A stretch of DNA of 64,000 nt, taken from NCBI GenBank assembly GCA_002269645.1, contig NIVC01002102.1, forward strand, positions 124,001 through 188,000. Reading direction: 5' to 3'. A model generated the notes under the pieces. It saw nothing but the letters and a program-made list of their open reading frames with translations. It searched no databases and was not told the origin of the DNA. The number at the start of each line of letters is the position of its first letter. Positions within the stretch are counted from its first letter, which is position 1. Of the stretch, positions 25,660 through 37,624 are shown piece after piece. The stretch is from Macrostomum lignano. Its lineage: Eukaryota. The translations under genes and the position numbers were made by a program.

Positions 25660-26291
25660 AGTTTCCCAAAGCGGAGCCCACCTCTGTCGAGCCGACTCCA
25701 CAGCAGCCGCAGCAGCTGTGCCGGAAGAGGCGGTCGCGCACCAGCTTCAAGCAGCAGCAGCTGCAGGCCATGAAGGCGCATTTCCAAGCCAACCCGAATC
25801 CGGATTCATGCGAACTGCGCCTGTTGGCCTCGAGCACGGGACTCAGCAAGCGAGTGCTGCAGGTGTGGTTCCAGAACTCCCGAGCTAAGCACAGAAGACA
25901 CCTGGCTAAGTCAGCCAATCAGGACTCCAATCACTCTGGCAATGCAAACTCGGCAGCCAATCAGGACTCCAATCACTCTGGCAATGCAAACTCGTCAGCC
26001 AATCAGGACTCCAATCACTCTGGCAATGCAAACTCGGCAGCCAATCAGGATTCCAATCACTCTGGCAATGCAAACTCGTCAGCCAATCAGGACTCCAATC
26101 ACTCCGGCAATGGAAACTCGTCAGCCAATCAGGACTCCAATCACTCTGGCAATGCAAACTCGGCAGCCAATCAGGATTCCAATCACTCTGGCAATGCAAA
26201 CTCGGCAGCCAATCACAATCAGCCTGAGCTGTCCGACACCAGCGGTTGCAGCTCGATGGCGCAGCCGAACGATCTGAACTGCTCCGCATAG
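25660..26291 (+). CDS. lhx2/9: LIM-homeobox protein, homeodomain and terminal exon
   Basis: atccag|AG TTT, phase 1 matches the LIM2 donor. Homeodomain RRSRTSFKQQQLQAMKAHFQANPNPDSCELRLLASSTGLSKRVLQVWFQNSRAKHRRH; SFK..L..MK and KRVLQVWFQN.RAK are Lhx2/9-type. Confidence 0.92.
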
Positions 26292-26402
26292 TATCGGCGC
26301 CTCAGTCTCCAACTATTCTATTCTGCTCGTGTTTCCATATTTCATTGTGATCTTTCGATGAAGATTCAAAATATGCGAATATTGTGGAAATAGCAACTGT
26401 TA

Positions 26403-26785
26403 CTATGCGGATGCAAGCTGTTGCTATGCAGATGGAAACTGTTGCTATGCTGGTGCAGGCTGTTGCTATGCGGGTGCAGGCTGTTGCTATGCAGATGGAA
26501 GCTGTTGCTATGCGGATGGAAGCTGTTGCTATGCGAATGCAAGCTGTTGCTATGCTGGTGCAGGCTGTTGCTATGCTGGTGCAGGCTGTTGCTATGCGGG
26601 TGCAGGCTGTTGCTATGCGGGTGCAGGCTGTTGCTATGCGGGTGCAGGCTGTTGCTATGCAAATGGAAGCTGTTGCTATGCGAATGGAAACTGTTGCTAT
26701 GCGGATGCAAGCTGTTGCTATGTGGGTAGAAACTGTTGCTATGCGGATGCAAACTTGCTATGTGGATGCAAGCTGTTGCTACGCG
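26403..26785. repeat. 21-bp minisatellite (gcggatgcaagctgttgctat)
   Basis: About 18 copies just 3' of the homeobox stop. Confidence 0.92.
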
Positions 26786-27512
26786 GATGACGACAGTTGC
26801 TACAAAGACTGCAACCCCAGACCAGTGGGAAATTTTTCAGATCCTATATAGAATATTAAATATTTGACGAGTCTGATATTTGGAATAGAAAAGACAAAAG
26901 CCACAGATCGACTGTCCATAACATCATATAATTCCGCGCCTCAATGTATGCGCATATAAACAAAGCAATTATAGGCACAGCATTGAATCTCTTTCATCAG
27001 CTGTTTTTAATCGTTTATTTTATTATATAAATTTACATAAGCATACACTACGCAACGGAGAAGTCGGCAAAGCGGAAGCTAAAAACGCACAAACTTACTG
27101 ACAATTAAAACAAATAATGAAAATTAAATCACTATTGATAAAATTGAAAATAAAAATATTGCTAACAAGCAGTACAAAATAATAATTAGACTTATTGGCA
27201 AAGTAGGACAAAATAGCAGCGATACTAAATATTCAATACTTGCTACTGATTAAGTAGTGCAAATCGACTGGACTGAAAAAACAAGCAAATAAAAATAGCG
27301 GAAAAGCGCAAATTCAGCGGGCACAGAAAAATAGAATTGAGAAGAATCGAGAAATGCAAAACAGTTATACTGCCGAAAATTATTATAAAAACCTTTTAGT
27401 ATTGCTTAAAATCGACTTGGCCATAACTTTAGCAGATATTATTAATTATTAATGATCAAATGGAAGCGAAGACAAAGTAATTGTGTTTAGAGTGATCTCT
27501 CGCCGGCAATAG

Positions 27513-28310
27513 TTACAGTTCCAACATTCCACTTCCGGTTCCGGAATCTCTTACAGTTCCAACATTCCACTTCCGGTTCCGGAATCCCTTACAGTTCCTA
27601 CATTCTATTTCCGGTTCCGGAATCCCTTACAGTTCCAACATTCCACTTCAGGTTCCGGAATCTCTTACAGATCCAACATTCCACTTCAGGTTCCGGAATC
27701 TCTTAAAGATCCAACATTCCACTTCCGGTTCCGGAATCTCTTACAGTTCCAACATTCCACTTCCGGTTCCGGAATCTCTTACAGATCCAACATTCCAATT
27801 CCGGTTCCGGAATCTCTTACAGATCCAAAATTCCACTTCCGGTTCCGGAATCTCTTACAGATCCAACATTCCACTTCTAGTTCCGGAATCACTTACAGTT
27901 CCAGCATTCTACTTCCGGTTTCGAAATCACTTACAGTTCCAGCATTCTACTTCCGGAATCACTTACAGTTCCAGCATTCTACTTCCGGTTTCGAAATCAC
28001 TTACAGTTCCAGCATTCTACTTCCGGAATCCCTTACAGTTCCAGCATTCTACTTCCGGAATCCCTTACAGTTCCAGCATTCTACTTCCGGAATCCCTTAC
28101 AGTTCCACGATTCTACTTCCGGAATCCCTTACAGTTCCAGCATTCTACTTCCGGAATCCCTTACAGTTCCAGCATTCTACTTCCGGAATCCCTTACAGTT
28201 CCACGATTCTACTTCCGGAATCCCTTACAGTTCCAGCATTCTACTTCCGGAATCCCTTACAGTTCCAGCATTCTACTTCCGGAATCCCTTACAGTTCCAG
28301 CATCCTACTT
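27513..28310. repeat. 38-bp minisatellite converting to a 32-bp unit (ttacagttccagcattctacttccggaatccc)
   Basis: Period 38 (27513 to 27551), later 32 (28033 to 28065). Confidence 0.95.
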
Positions 28311-28614
28311 CCAATTGACACTTCAAATTGAACCAATTGACACCTATAGAACAAGCGCAGTTGACTTTGAATTTCCATGGGGCACAGATAAACAGCTACA
28401 ACAAATTTACCAATCATCCGTAACTGATGATCTGCCAAACTGCAAAAGTTAGCAGCCCTTTTTCTAAAAAACACACGGGTTTTTTCGAGCGAGCAGCGAA
28501 AGACGCATGGCCAGGATAGGAGCAAAAAGGACTCTGATTGGAGAAGCTGGGGCAGTTTGGGAGGGACCGGATTTGGGGAATATTGATTGATAAATTGATA
28601 GATTTGTGTCTGCG

Positions 28615-29435
28615 AACAGAGTGAACAGAACAGTGAAGAGAGTGAACAGAACAGTGAAGAGGGTGAACAGAACAGTGAACAGAGTGAACAGAACAGTGAA
28701 GAGAGTGAACAGAACAATGAAGAGAGTGAACAGAACAGTGAAGAGAGTGAACAGAACAATGAAGAGAGTGAACAGAACAGTGAAGAGAGTGAACAGAACA
28801 GTGAAGAGAGTGAACAGAACAGTGAAGAGAGTGAACAGAACAGTGAAGAGAGTGAACAGAACAGTGAAGAGAGTGAACAGAACAGTGAAGAGAGTGAACA
28901 GAACAGTGAAGAGGGTGAACAGAACAGTGAAGAGAGTGAACAGAACAGTGAAGAGAGTGAACAGAACAGTGAAGAGAGTGAACAGAACAGTGAAGAGAGT
29001 GAACAGAACAGTGAAGAGGGTGAACAGAACAGTGAAGAGAGTGAACAGAACAGTGAAGAGAGTGAACAGAACAGTGAAGAGAGTGAACAGAACAGTGAAG
29101 AGAGTGAAAAGAACAGTGAAGAGAGTGAACAGAACAGTGAAGAGAGTGAACAGAACAGTGAAGAACGTGAACAGAACAGTGAAGAGAGTGAACAGAACAG
29201 TGAAGAGAGTGAACAGAACAGTGAAGAGAGTGAACAAACAGTGAAGAGAGTGAACAGAACAGTGAAGAGAGTGAACAGAACAGTGAAGAACGTGAACAGA
29301 ACAGTGAAGAGAGTGAACAGAACAGTGAAGAGAGTGAACAGAACAGTGAAGAGAGTGAACAGAACAGTGAAGAGAGTGAACAGAACAGTGAAGAGAGTGA
29401 ACAGAACAATGAAGAGAGTGAACAGAACAGTGAAG
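28615..29435. repeat. 21-bp minisatellite (gtgaacagaacagtgaagaga), ~39 copies
   Basis: Highly homogeneous; begins ~55 nt past the FRMD4-like stop. Confidence 0.97.
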
Positions 29436-29488
29436 AGTGAACAGGAGTGGAGGGGGAGAGTGAAGAGACAGAAATCGTGTGAGCAGAG

Positions 29489-29792
29489 TCACAGGAAGCT
29501 GTCCAGTTCAGTCCGATCAGCCCCGGCAGATGAAGCAGCGGCAGCAGAAGAGTCGCAGCAGCAGCAGGAGCAGCAATAGCAGTCAGAAGAAGAAGCTGTA
29601 GAAGCCACCCGCTGCCTGTGACTGTCATACCAGGCCAGCATCTCGTGCGAGAAGTCGGTTGACACGGCAGGGGAGATGTAGGCAGTTGCAGACATCATTG
29701 AGTCGGATGTCTTCTGCTGCTGCTGCTGCAGAAGCCGCTTGCTTTGGCTGGCGAAAGCTTTAGCAGAAATGGGCGGCTTTTTGTGAAACAAT
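29489..29792 (-). CDS. frmd4: FRMD4-like protein, terminal exon 13
   Basis: ctcttttttcag|A TTG, phase 2; contains FSHEMLAWYD; TGA at 29489-29491. Confidence 0.75.
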
Positions 29793-30474
29793 CTGAAAAA
29801 AGAGAATACAAGTGAGAATAAAATTTCGCAATTTCATAAACAAATAATCCGAACTGTAAAAACAGACCTTCTATTCTGTCGAGCCGAACTCTGAGCCGAC
29901 CTGAGCGATTGAGTTTTACGCAAACTTCTGCAGTTTTCATCTTCTTCTTCAAAGTCAAAGGAGAATCTGAAATTGATGCAGCGGAATATAAAATACTTGT
30001 TAAATTCGTTGTGTGCTACTCATTAGCTACCTATAAGTAGCATAGTTTGAATATAGACTGTTGAAAATTGGTTAAAGATTGAAGCTTAATTAATTGAAGC
30101 AGAGAAGCCGTGCAGTTTAAAGCGCTATTATACTACTCTAAAGCAGGCCAGTTAGTAGCATGGTTAGTAAGTGCACAAATTTAAGCCTGTGTATGTAATT
30201 AATTACTCTGTTTCAATACTAAAAAACATGTTATTGAAAAATAATAGCGCACGTGTTTATTACATTGGCATAATATTGAAGCGAAGCTGAAAAAAACAGA
30301 AAATTATCGAATAAATAAATGTTTGCAATTTCGTAAGTCACAGTGACAATTTTTTGTATAAAAGCAATTGATATTCTCAGAGAAAATAGTAGTGTTTAAT
30401 ACATAAAATAATATATAAAAAATTTCAACATGGCAAATCGAAGTTGAGAGATCTAAAACTAATTGTAATGCTGA

Positions 30475-31075
30475 TTATGCTACTACGCGTATTATAACAC
30501 GTTGCTATGCGGATTCTAACTCGTTGCTATGGCGATTTTCACTCGTTGCAATGCCGATTATAATTCGTTGCAGTGCAGATTATACCCCGTTGATATGCTG
30601 ATTATAGCCCGTTGCTATGCATAGTAGAATCCGTTACCATGCGTATTATAACCCATTGCTATGCATATTATAACCCGTTGCTATGCAGATTATAACCCAT
30701 TGTTATGCATGTTAAAACCCGTTGCTACGCACATTGTAGCCCGTTGCTATGCATCTTATAACATGTTGCTATGCATATTACAACCCGTTGCTATGCATAT
30801 TATAACCCGTTGCTATGCATGTTAAAACCCGTTGCTACGCAGATTATAACCCGTTGCTATGCATCTTATAACATGTTGCTATGCATATTACAACCCGTTG
30901 CTATGCATATTATAACCCGTTGTCATGCAGATTATAACCTGTTGCCGTGCATATTATAACCCGTTGCTATGCAGATTATAACCCCTTGCTATGCAGATTA
31001 TAACCCGTTGCTATGCATGTTAAAACCCGTTGCTACGCAGATTATAACCCGTTGCTATGCATCTTATAACCTGTT
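30475..31075. repeat. 22-bp minisatellite (ttataacccgttgctatgcaga)
   Basis: Degenerate at the left edge, homogeneous to the right. Confidence 0.9.
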
Positions 31076-31689
31076 ACTATGGTGATCCTAGGTCGTGATC
31101 CATTCTAAGCCATAGTTGAGATGAGATCAATTTGATGTGATTAAAAGTAGGGACAAGTAGAGATGAAATCAAAATGAGGAGAAACAATAATACTGACAGA
31201 ACAGGAGAAAATGAGCACAATATCAAAAAGTAAACAAAAAACAAATCGATAGCGTTATAAAAACAACATTCGTCAGAACCAATTTGAGCAAACAAATATG
31301 TTTGTTTTTGAGCATTTAAATCTGGCAAAGTTTTTCAGAGATTAGCACTTGAATAGTGAGCAGCGTTGAGTTACCGCAATAAAAGTGGGTCAACGGATTA
31401 GGAAAACAACTTTTACTCAAAGCAATATTTATAATTAGCCGTGTGCATTGGCATGCATTGCAGCGGAGTTTAGGGGCACAAAATATTCTAGTTAGTACTG
31501 TTAGTAGAGTGGTCTGCGACAGCCAGTTAGTAATCAAGCACCAATTACAAATTACTAACAGTACACTCTTTTCATACTCTTTTCATACTCTTTTTCGATA
31601 CTCTTTTCATGTATCGATAGAATTATTAATGATTATTTATTCTTAAATTATTCACCCAGTGACGATTTTTCATAATCTAGTAAGTTTGG

Positions 31690-32590
31690 GAGGATGATAT
31701 CTAACTAGAAAGGGATATTTAGGATGATGGGATCTAACTAAAATGGGAAATTTAGGAGGATGACATCTAACTAAAATGGGTATTTAGGAGAATTATATCT
31801 AAATAAAAGGGGATGTTTAGGAGAATTATATCTAACTAAAAGGGGATGTGTTTAGGAAGATGATATCTAACTAAAATTGGACATCTAGGAGGATGATATC
31901 TAACTAAAATTGGACATTTAGGAGGATGATATCTAACTAAAATGGGACATCTAGGAGGATGATATCTAACTAAAATTGGACATCTAGGAGGATGATATCT
32001 AACTAAAATTGGACATTTAGGAGGATGATATCTAACTAAAATTGGACATTTAGGATGTTATCTAACTAAAATGGGACATCTAGAAGGATGATATCTAACT
32101 AAAATGGGACATCTAGGAGGATGATATCTAACTAAAATTGGACATTTAGGAGGATGATATCTAACTAAAATTGGACATTTAGGATGTTATCTAACTAAAA
32201 TGGGACATCTAGAAGGATGATATCTAACTAAAATGGGACATCTAGGAGGATGATATCTAACTAAAACTGGACATCTAGGAGGATGATATCTAACTAAAAC
32301 TGGACATCTAGGAAGATGATATCTAACTAAAATGGGACATCTAGAAGGATGATATCGAACTAAAATGGGACATCTAGCAGGATGATATCTAACTAAAATT
32401 GGACATTTAGGAGGATGATATCTAACTAAAATTGGACATTTAGGATGTTATCTAACTAAAATGGGACATCTAGGAGGATGATATCTAACTAAAACTGGAC
32501 ATCTAGGAGGATGATATCTAACTAAAATTGGACATCTAGGAGAATGATATCTAACTAAAATTGGACATCTAGGAGGATGATATCTAACTA
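31690..32590. repeat. 33-bp minisatellite (ggaggatgatatctaactaaaattggacatcta)
   Basis: Period 33 (31921 to 31954). Confidence 0.95.
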
Positions 32591-32745
32591 TATACCATTT
32601 CTAACGGCACAACAATTATATGGTGTTAAAAGCGGTTAGGCAGCAGGCTTACAAACATCGAGCTACTAAAACAGAGGGTTTCGAAAACAACACTCAAGAG
32701 ACCACAGCTGGGTCTCTAATTTAGCTATCCTTAATTTGCACGTAC

Positions 32746-33267
32746 TCTAGCGCCTCCCTGGGCCTGTAGCGATACTCGGACAGAGTGTCCGGACTGGCCA
32801 ATCCGGATGAAGGGAAGTTGGTATTCTGAGCTGGGCCGCACTGCTCAACCGTCACAGCTCTGGCCCGTTGCGATTCCACTGGCTTATCAATAACAATGGA
32901 ACAGTCCTTGGCCGGCAGGTGCTCCTGCAGTTGCTGCAACTGCAGCTCGAATTTCTCCAATTCTTTGGACAGATCGCCAACACTGCTGGATCGGCGGCGC
33001 TGCTTTGTCCGGCTGGCCGCGGCCACAGATTCTCGGACAGCTACGGCGAATGGAGGCACCGGAGTGGGCTGATGCTGGTGCTGCTGCTGTAGGCTGGTTA
33101 GCGAGCTGCATACAGTGTCCTGATAGCCGGAGTCCATGCTGCACTGGGTGACCCGGTTCTTCACCGAGCCCAGCTGTTGTTGTTGCTGAATTCTTTGCAG
33201 AGCCGGCTGCTGAAGTCGCTGCTGCTGCTGCTGGTGTGGCGGTTGCTGCTCCGATGTTGCAGCAATT
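32746..33267 (-). CDS. frmd4: FRMD4-like exon 12 (Gln-rich, disordered)
   Basis: gctccag|A ATT to CTA GA|gtacgt; phases 2/2 match neighbours; SMDSGYQD, RRRSSSVGDL. Confidence 0.65.
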
Positions 33268-33394
33268 CTGGAGCAGATTGAGATGCGGGTGATTCGTTGA
33301 ATACTTCATTCTCTTGTGCAGAGCATCCCTTTAGTGTCTATATGATCATATCTAATATCTTACATATCCCATCTACCTTTTGTAGATACCTGTC

Positions 33395-34338
33395 TGCCCT
33401 ATTTACTCCTACCTCTCCCATCCTTATCTACCTCTCCCCCATCCCTGTCTACCTCCCCATCCCTATCTACCTCTCTCATCCCTTTCTAAATCTCCCCATC
33501 CTTATCTACCTCTCCCCATCCTTATCTACCTCTCCCCATCCTTATCTACCTCTCCCAATCCCTGTCTACCTCTCCCAATCCCTGTCTACCTCTCCCAATC
33601 CCTGTCTACCTCTCCCATCCCTATCTACCTCTCCCATCCCTATCTACCTCTCTCATCCCTATCTACCTCTCTCATCCCTATCTACCTCTCACCATCCTTT
33701 ATCTACCTCTCCCCATCCTCATCTACCTCTCCCCATCCTCATCTACCTCTCCCCATCCCTATCTACCTCTCCCCATCCTCATCTACCTCTCCCCATCCCC
33801 GTCTAGCTCTCTCATCCCCGTCTACCCCTCTCATCTCTATCTACCTCTCCCCATCCTCATCTACCTCTGCCATCTCTAACTACCTCTTCCATTTCTATCT
33901 AAATCTCTTATCCCTATCTACCTCTCTCATCCTATCTACCTCTTCCATTCCTATCTACCTCTCCCATCCCTATCTACCTCTCCCATCCCTATCTACCTCT
34001 CCCATCCCTATCTACCTCTCTCATCCCTATCTACCTCTCCCATCCCTATCTACCTCTCTCATCCCTATCTACCTCTCTCATCCCTATCTACCTCTCTCAT
34101 CCCCGTCTAGCTCTCTCATCCCCGTCTACCCCTCTCATCTCTATCTACCTCTCTCATCCCTATCTACCTCTCTCATCCCTATCTACCTCTCTCATCCCTA
34201 TCTACCTCTCTCATCCCTATCTACCTCACTCATCCCTGTCTACCTCTCTCATCCCTATCCACCTCTCTCATACCTGTCTATTTCTCTCATCCATATCTAC
34301 CTCTCTCATCCCTATCTACCTCTCTCATCCCTGTCTAC
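33395..34338. repeat. 19/20-bp minisatellite (cctatctacctctctcatc)
   Basis: Period 19-20. Confidence 0.92.
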
Positions 34339-34349
34339 CCCAATCTCAC

Positions 34350-34435
34350 CTGGCCGTCGAGGCGGCAGCTCCTAGCGACAACAGCGACGAGTTCTGACTG
34401 GCGCTGACAGACAAACATTGCTCATCTTGCGACGT
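34350..34435 (-). CDS. frmd4: FRMD4-like exon 11
   Basis: ttcacag|ACG TCG CAA... GCC AG|gtgaga; open, phase 0/2. Confidence 0.5.
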
Positions 34436-34544
34436 CTGTGAAGAATTGATTGAGAAAATGAGAACAAAGTGAGAACTAGCCTAATCATGACAGATTACCG
34501 TAGGCTTCACTGCAGCATAAAAACGATAAAGAAATTGAACCGAC

Positions 34545-34754
34545 CGCCGTATTATCAGCCGCCACGCTGCGCGGACTCGAGCCCGAACTCAACGAGTTGA
34601 ACGATGACCCGATAGCGAAATCCACCGCCACGGAGGCCGCCGTGACGCCTTCGTTGACGTTCGCGCCGTCTGCAGATGCCGCCGCTGCCGCGTCTTCGGC
34701 CGCGAAGCAGAGGGCGTCTCGAACTTCTTGGATTTTCTTACTGATCTGCGCCAT
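34545..34754 (-). CDS. frmd4: FRMD4-like exon 10
   Basis: MAQISKKIQEVRDAL continues the coiled coil of exon 9; both splice sites are weak, so boundaries are uncertain. Confidence 0.6.
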
Positions 34755-34796
34755 CTTGAGTCATAGCGGGTGAACAACGTTCAGGATAGGCATGAT

Positions 34797-36318
34797 CTGT
34801 CCCACCTGTCCTCTCCCTGCATCCAATCTGTCCTCTCCCTGCATCCAATCTGTTCTCTCCCTGCATCCCACCTGTCCTCTCCCTGCATCCAATCTGTCCT
34901 CTCCCTGCATCCAATCTGTTCTCTCCCTGCATCCCACCTGTCCTCTCCCTGCATCCAATCTGTCCTCTCCCTGCATCCCACCTGTCCTCTCCCTGCATCC
35001 AATCTGTCCTCTCCCTGCATCCCACCTGTCCTCTCCCTGCATCCAATCTGTCCTCTCCCTGCATCCCACCTGTCCTCTCCCTGCATCCAATCTGTCCTCT
35101 CCCTGCATCCCACCTGTCCTCTCCCTGCATCCAATCTGTCCTCTCCCTGCATCCCACCTGTCCTCTCCCTGCATCCCACCTGTCCTATCCCTGCATCCCA
35201 CCTGTCCTCTCCCTGCATCCCACCTGTCCTCTCCCTGCATCCAATCTGTCCTCTCCCTGCATCCCAACTGTCCTATCCCTGCATCCCAACTGTCCTCTCC
35301 CTGCATCCCAACTGTCCTCTCCCTGCATCCCACCTGTCCTCTCCCTGCATCCCACCTGTCCTCTCCCTGCATCCCACCTGTCCTCTCCCTGCATCCCACC
35401 TGTCCTATCCCTGCATCTCACCTGTCCTCTCCCTGCATCCCAACTGTCCTCTCCCTGCATCCCACCTGTCCTCTCCCTGCATCCCACCTGTCCTATCCCT
35501 GCATCCCACCTGTCCTCTCCCTGCATCCCACCTGTCCTATCCCTGCATCCCACCTGTCCTCTCCCTGCATCCCAACTGTCCTCTCCCTGCATCCAATCTG
35601 TCCTCTCCCTGCATCCCACCTGTTCTCTCCCTGCATCCCACCTGTTCTTTCCCTGCATCCCACCTGTCCTCTCCCTGCATCCAATCTGTCCTCTCCCTGC
35701 ATCCCACCTGTCCTCTCCCTGCATCTCACCTGTCCTCTCCCTGCATCCCAACTGTCCTATCCCTGCATCCCACCTGTCCTCTCCCTGCATCCCACCTGTC
35801 CTATCCCTGCATCCCACCTGTCCTCTCCCTGCATCCCAATAGTTTTCTCCCTGCTTCTTACCTGTCCTCTCCCTGCATCCAATCTGTCCTCTCCCTGCAT
35901 CCCACCTGTTCTCTCACTGCATCCCACCTGTTCTCTCCCTGCATCCCACCTGTTCTCTCCCTGCATCCCACCTGTCCTCTCCCTGCATCCAATCTGTCCT
36001 CTCCCTGCATCCCACCTGTCCTCTCCCTGCATCCAATCTGTCCTCTTCCTGCATCCCACCTGTCCTCTCCCTGCATCTTACCTGTCCTATCCCTGCATCT
36101 TACCTGTCCTATCCCTGCATCTCAATTTTCTTCTCCCTGCATCTCACATGTCCTCTCCCTACATCCCAATTGTCTTCTCCCTGCATCCTACTTGTTCTCT
36201 CCCTGCATCCCAATTGTCCTCTCCCTGCATCTCACCTTTCCTCTCCCTGCATCCAAATTGTCCTCTCCCTACACCTCACCTTCCTCTCCCTGCATCCCAC
36301 CTGTCCTCTCCCTGCATC
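34797..36318. repeat. 22-bp minisatellite (cacctgtcctctccctgcatcc), ~69 copies
   Basis: Fills the intron between exons 9 and 10. Confidence 0.97.
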
Positions 36319-36341
36319 AAATAACACCTGAAATGCCATAC

Positions 36342-36485
36342 CCGCTCCTTAGCCAGCTGGCACTCGGCGATGCGTTTCTTTTTAAGCTGACGCGGCTGCC
36401 GCGACTCCTTGGCCTCGCGAAGCAGCCGCGTGCTGGCCTCGACTAGGGCTTTGTGCACGGCCAGCTCTTGTTGCAATTGCTCCAG
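36342..36485 (-). CDS. frmd4: FRMD4-like exon 9 (coiled coil, DUF3338/CUPID region)
   Basis: LEQLQQELAVHKALVEASTRLLREAKESRQPRQLKKKRIAECQLAKER resembles FRMD4 LERLEREFAIQSQITEAARRLA...KKLKKQRK; tactag| and |gtatgg. Confidence 0.85.
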
Positions 36486-36530
36486 CTAGTAATGAGAGAG
36501 GGTGTTGTCAGCTTGATAGAGGGTTGTAAG

Positions 36531-36745
36531 ACTGGAAGGTCGGAGGTTCGATTCCCGACCCACTTGGAACAATTTGTGCCCTTGAGCAAGACACTCAACT
36601 CTGCATTGCTTCAGTTCACCCAGCTGTAAAATAGGTGCCAGCATTAGCGGGGGTGATTGAGGGTGTGTGGCGACCTCCCAGTCCTTGGACTGCTGCGGCT
36701 GCGGCTGTCGGTTGCACATCTGACCATTAGGGCAGGTGTAACCAG
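36531..36745 (+). mobile_element. tRNA-derived SINE (CORE/Meta-type central domain), copy 1
   Basis: B-box ggttcgattccc; core ttgtgcccttgagcaagacactcaac...cagttcacccagctgtaaaat; near-identical to copies at 49325 and 56460. Confidence 0.8.
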
Positions 36746-36967
36746 GTAGTGCCAGCAAGTAGGCATTCTGATCTCGGAGTTGAGCACTGACACAGAGACA
36801 CACACCGACTCGCCTAGGGTATGTAAAAGCGTCCATAAGGACTTTATCCTCGTTAGGAAAATGTGCACAATATTGTGCATTAAGGGGTTTATCTACCCAG
36901 CCGAAAATAAAATATTAAAACACAGTTCTCGCTAGTGGAAGCTAAACCCTGCTTCGCTAATCCGATA

Positions 36968-37143
36968 GGAGAGGAGAGGAGATGAGAGGAGAGGAGAGGA
37001 AAGGAGAGAGAGGAGAGGGAGAGGAGAGGAGAGAGAGGAGAGAGAGGAGAGAAGGGGGAGAGATAGAAAGGAGAGGAGAGGAGAGAGGGAGAGGGGAGAG
37101 GAGGGGAGAGGAGAGGGAGAAAGGAGGGGAAGAGAAGAGAAGA
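36968..37143. repeat. (GAGAG)n purine tract
   Basis: Pure A/G run. Confidence 0.9.
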
Positions 37144-37243
37144 GAAAACTTTATTCCCGTAAATGTGTCCTTAATCCAGATGAATGCCAGCATGTTGTTG
37201 CTCATCAGTCTGTACCTGAACGGGACGATAAAAGGTCACTAAC

Positions 37244-37477
37244 CTGTTGCTGCAGTTGAGATTCGGTCTCGCTGCATTGCTGCTGCTTGTCCTCGTGTTG
37301 GTTAGTTGCCACGGCAACCAAATACTGAGTTGGCAGGCATCTGGTATCCTCGGTATTGGGGTCGGCTGGCGAGTCGCCTCTGTTACCAATGGCGCCGCCG
37401 GAATCAACCAGAGAGGACTGGCTGTTGTTGGCCAGTGCCTGGTGCAATAGGTAGGTAGGCGATTCATTTCTATACAA
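37244..37477 (-). CDS. frmd4: FRMD4-like exon 8 (5' boundary uncertain)
   Basis: Open frame LYRNESP...SQLQQQ ending at phase-0 donor CAG|gttagt; the only phase-0 acceptor is a weak GAG. Confidence 0.5.
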
Positions 37478-37624
37478 CTCTCAGATATCTGATAGACAGT
37501 GAAACAGGCACCGATAGACAAGACTGCGAGGCACCGAAAATTGCAATCTAGCTCGAAATTATTCGGTAGACACAGGATCACGCTGAATCAGCCAATAAAC
37601 AAGCATCTATGGACAACGTATTTA

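Noticed and set aside
34738-36446. Multiple 100-558 aa ORFs; similar sets at 19122-20243, 28414-29628, 42381-43565 and 61325-62533
   Set aside because: Stop-free frames of minisatellite or microsatellite units
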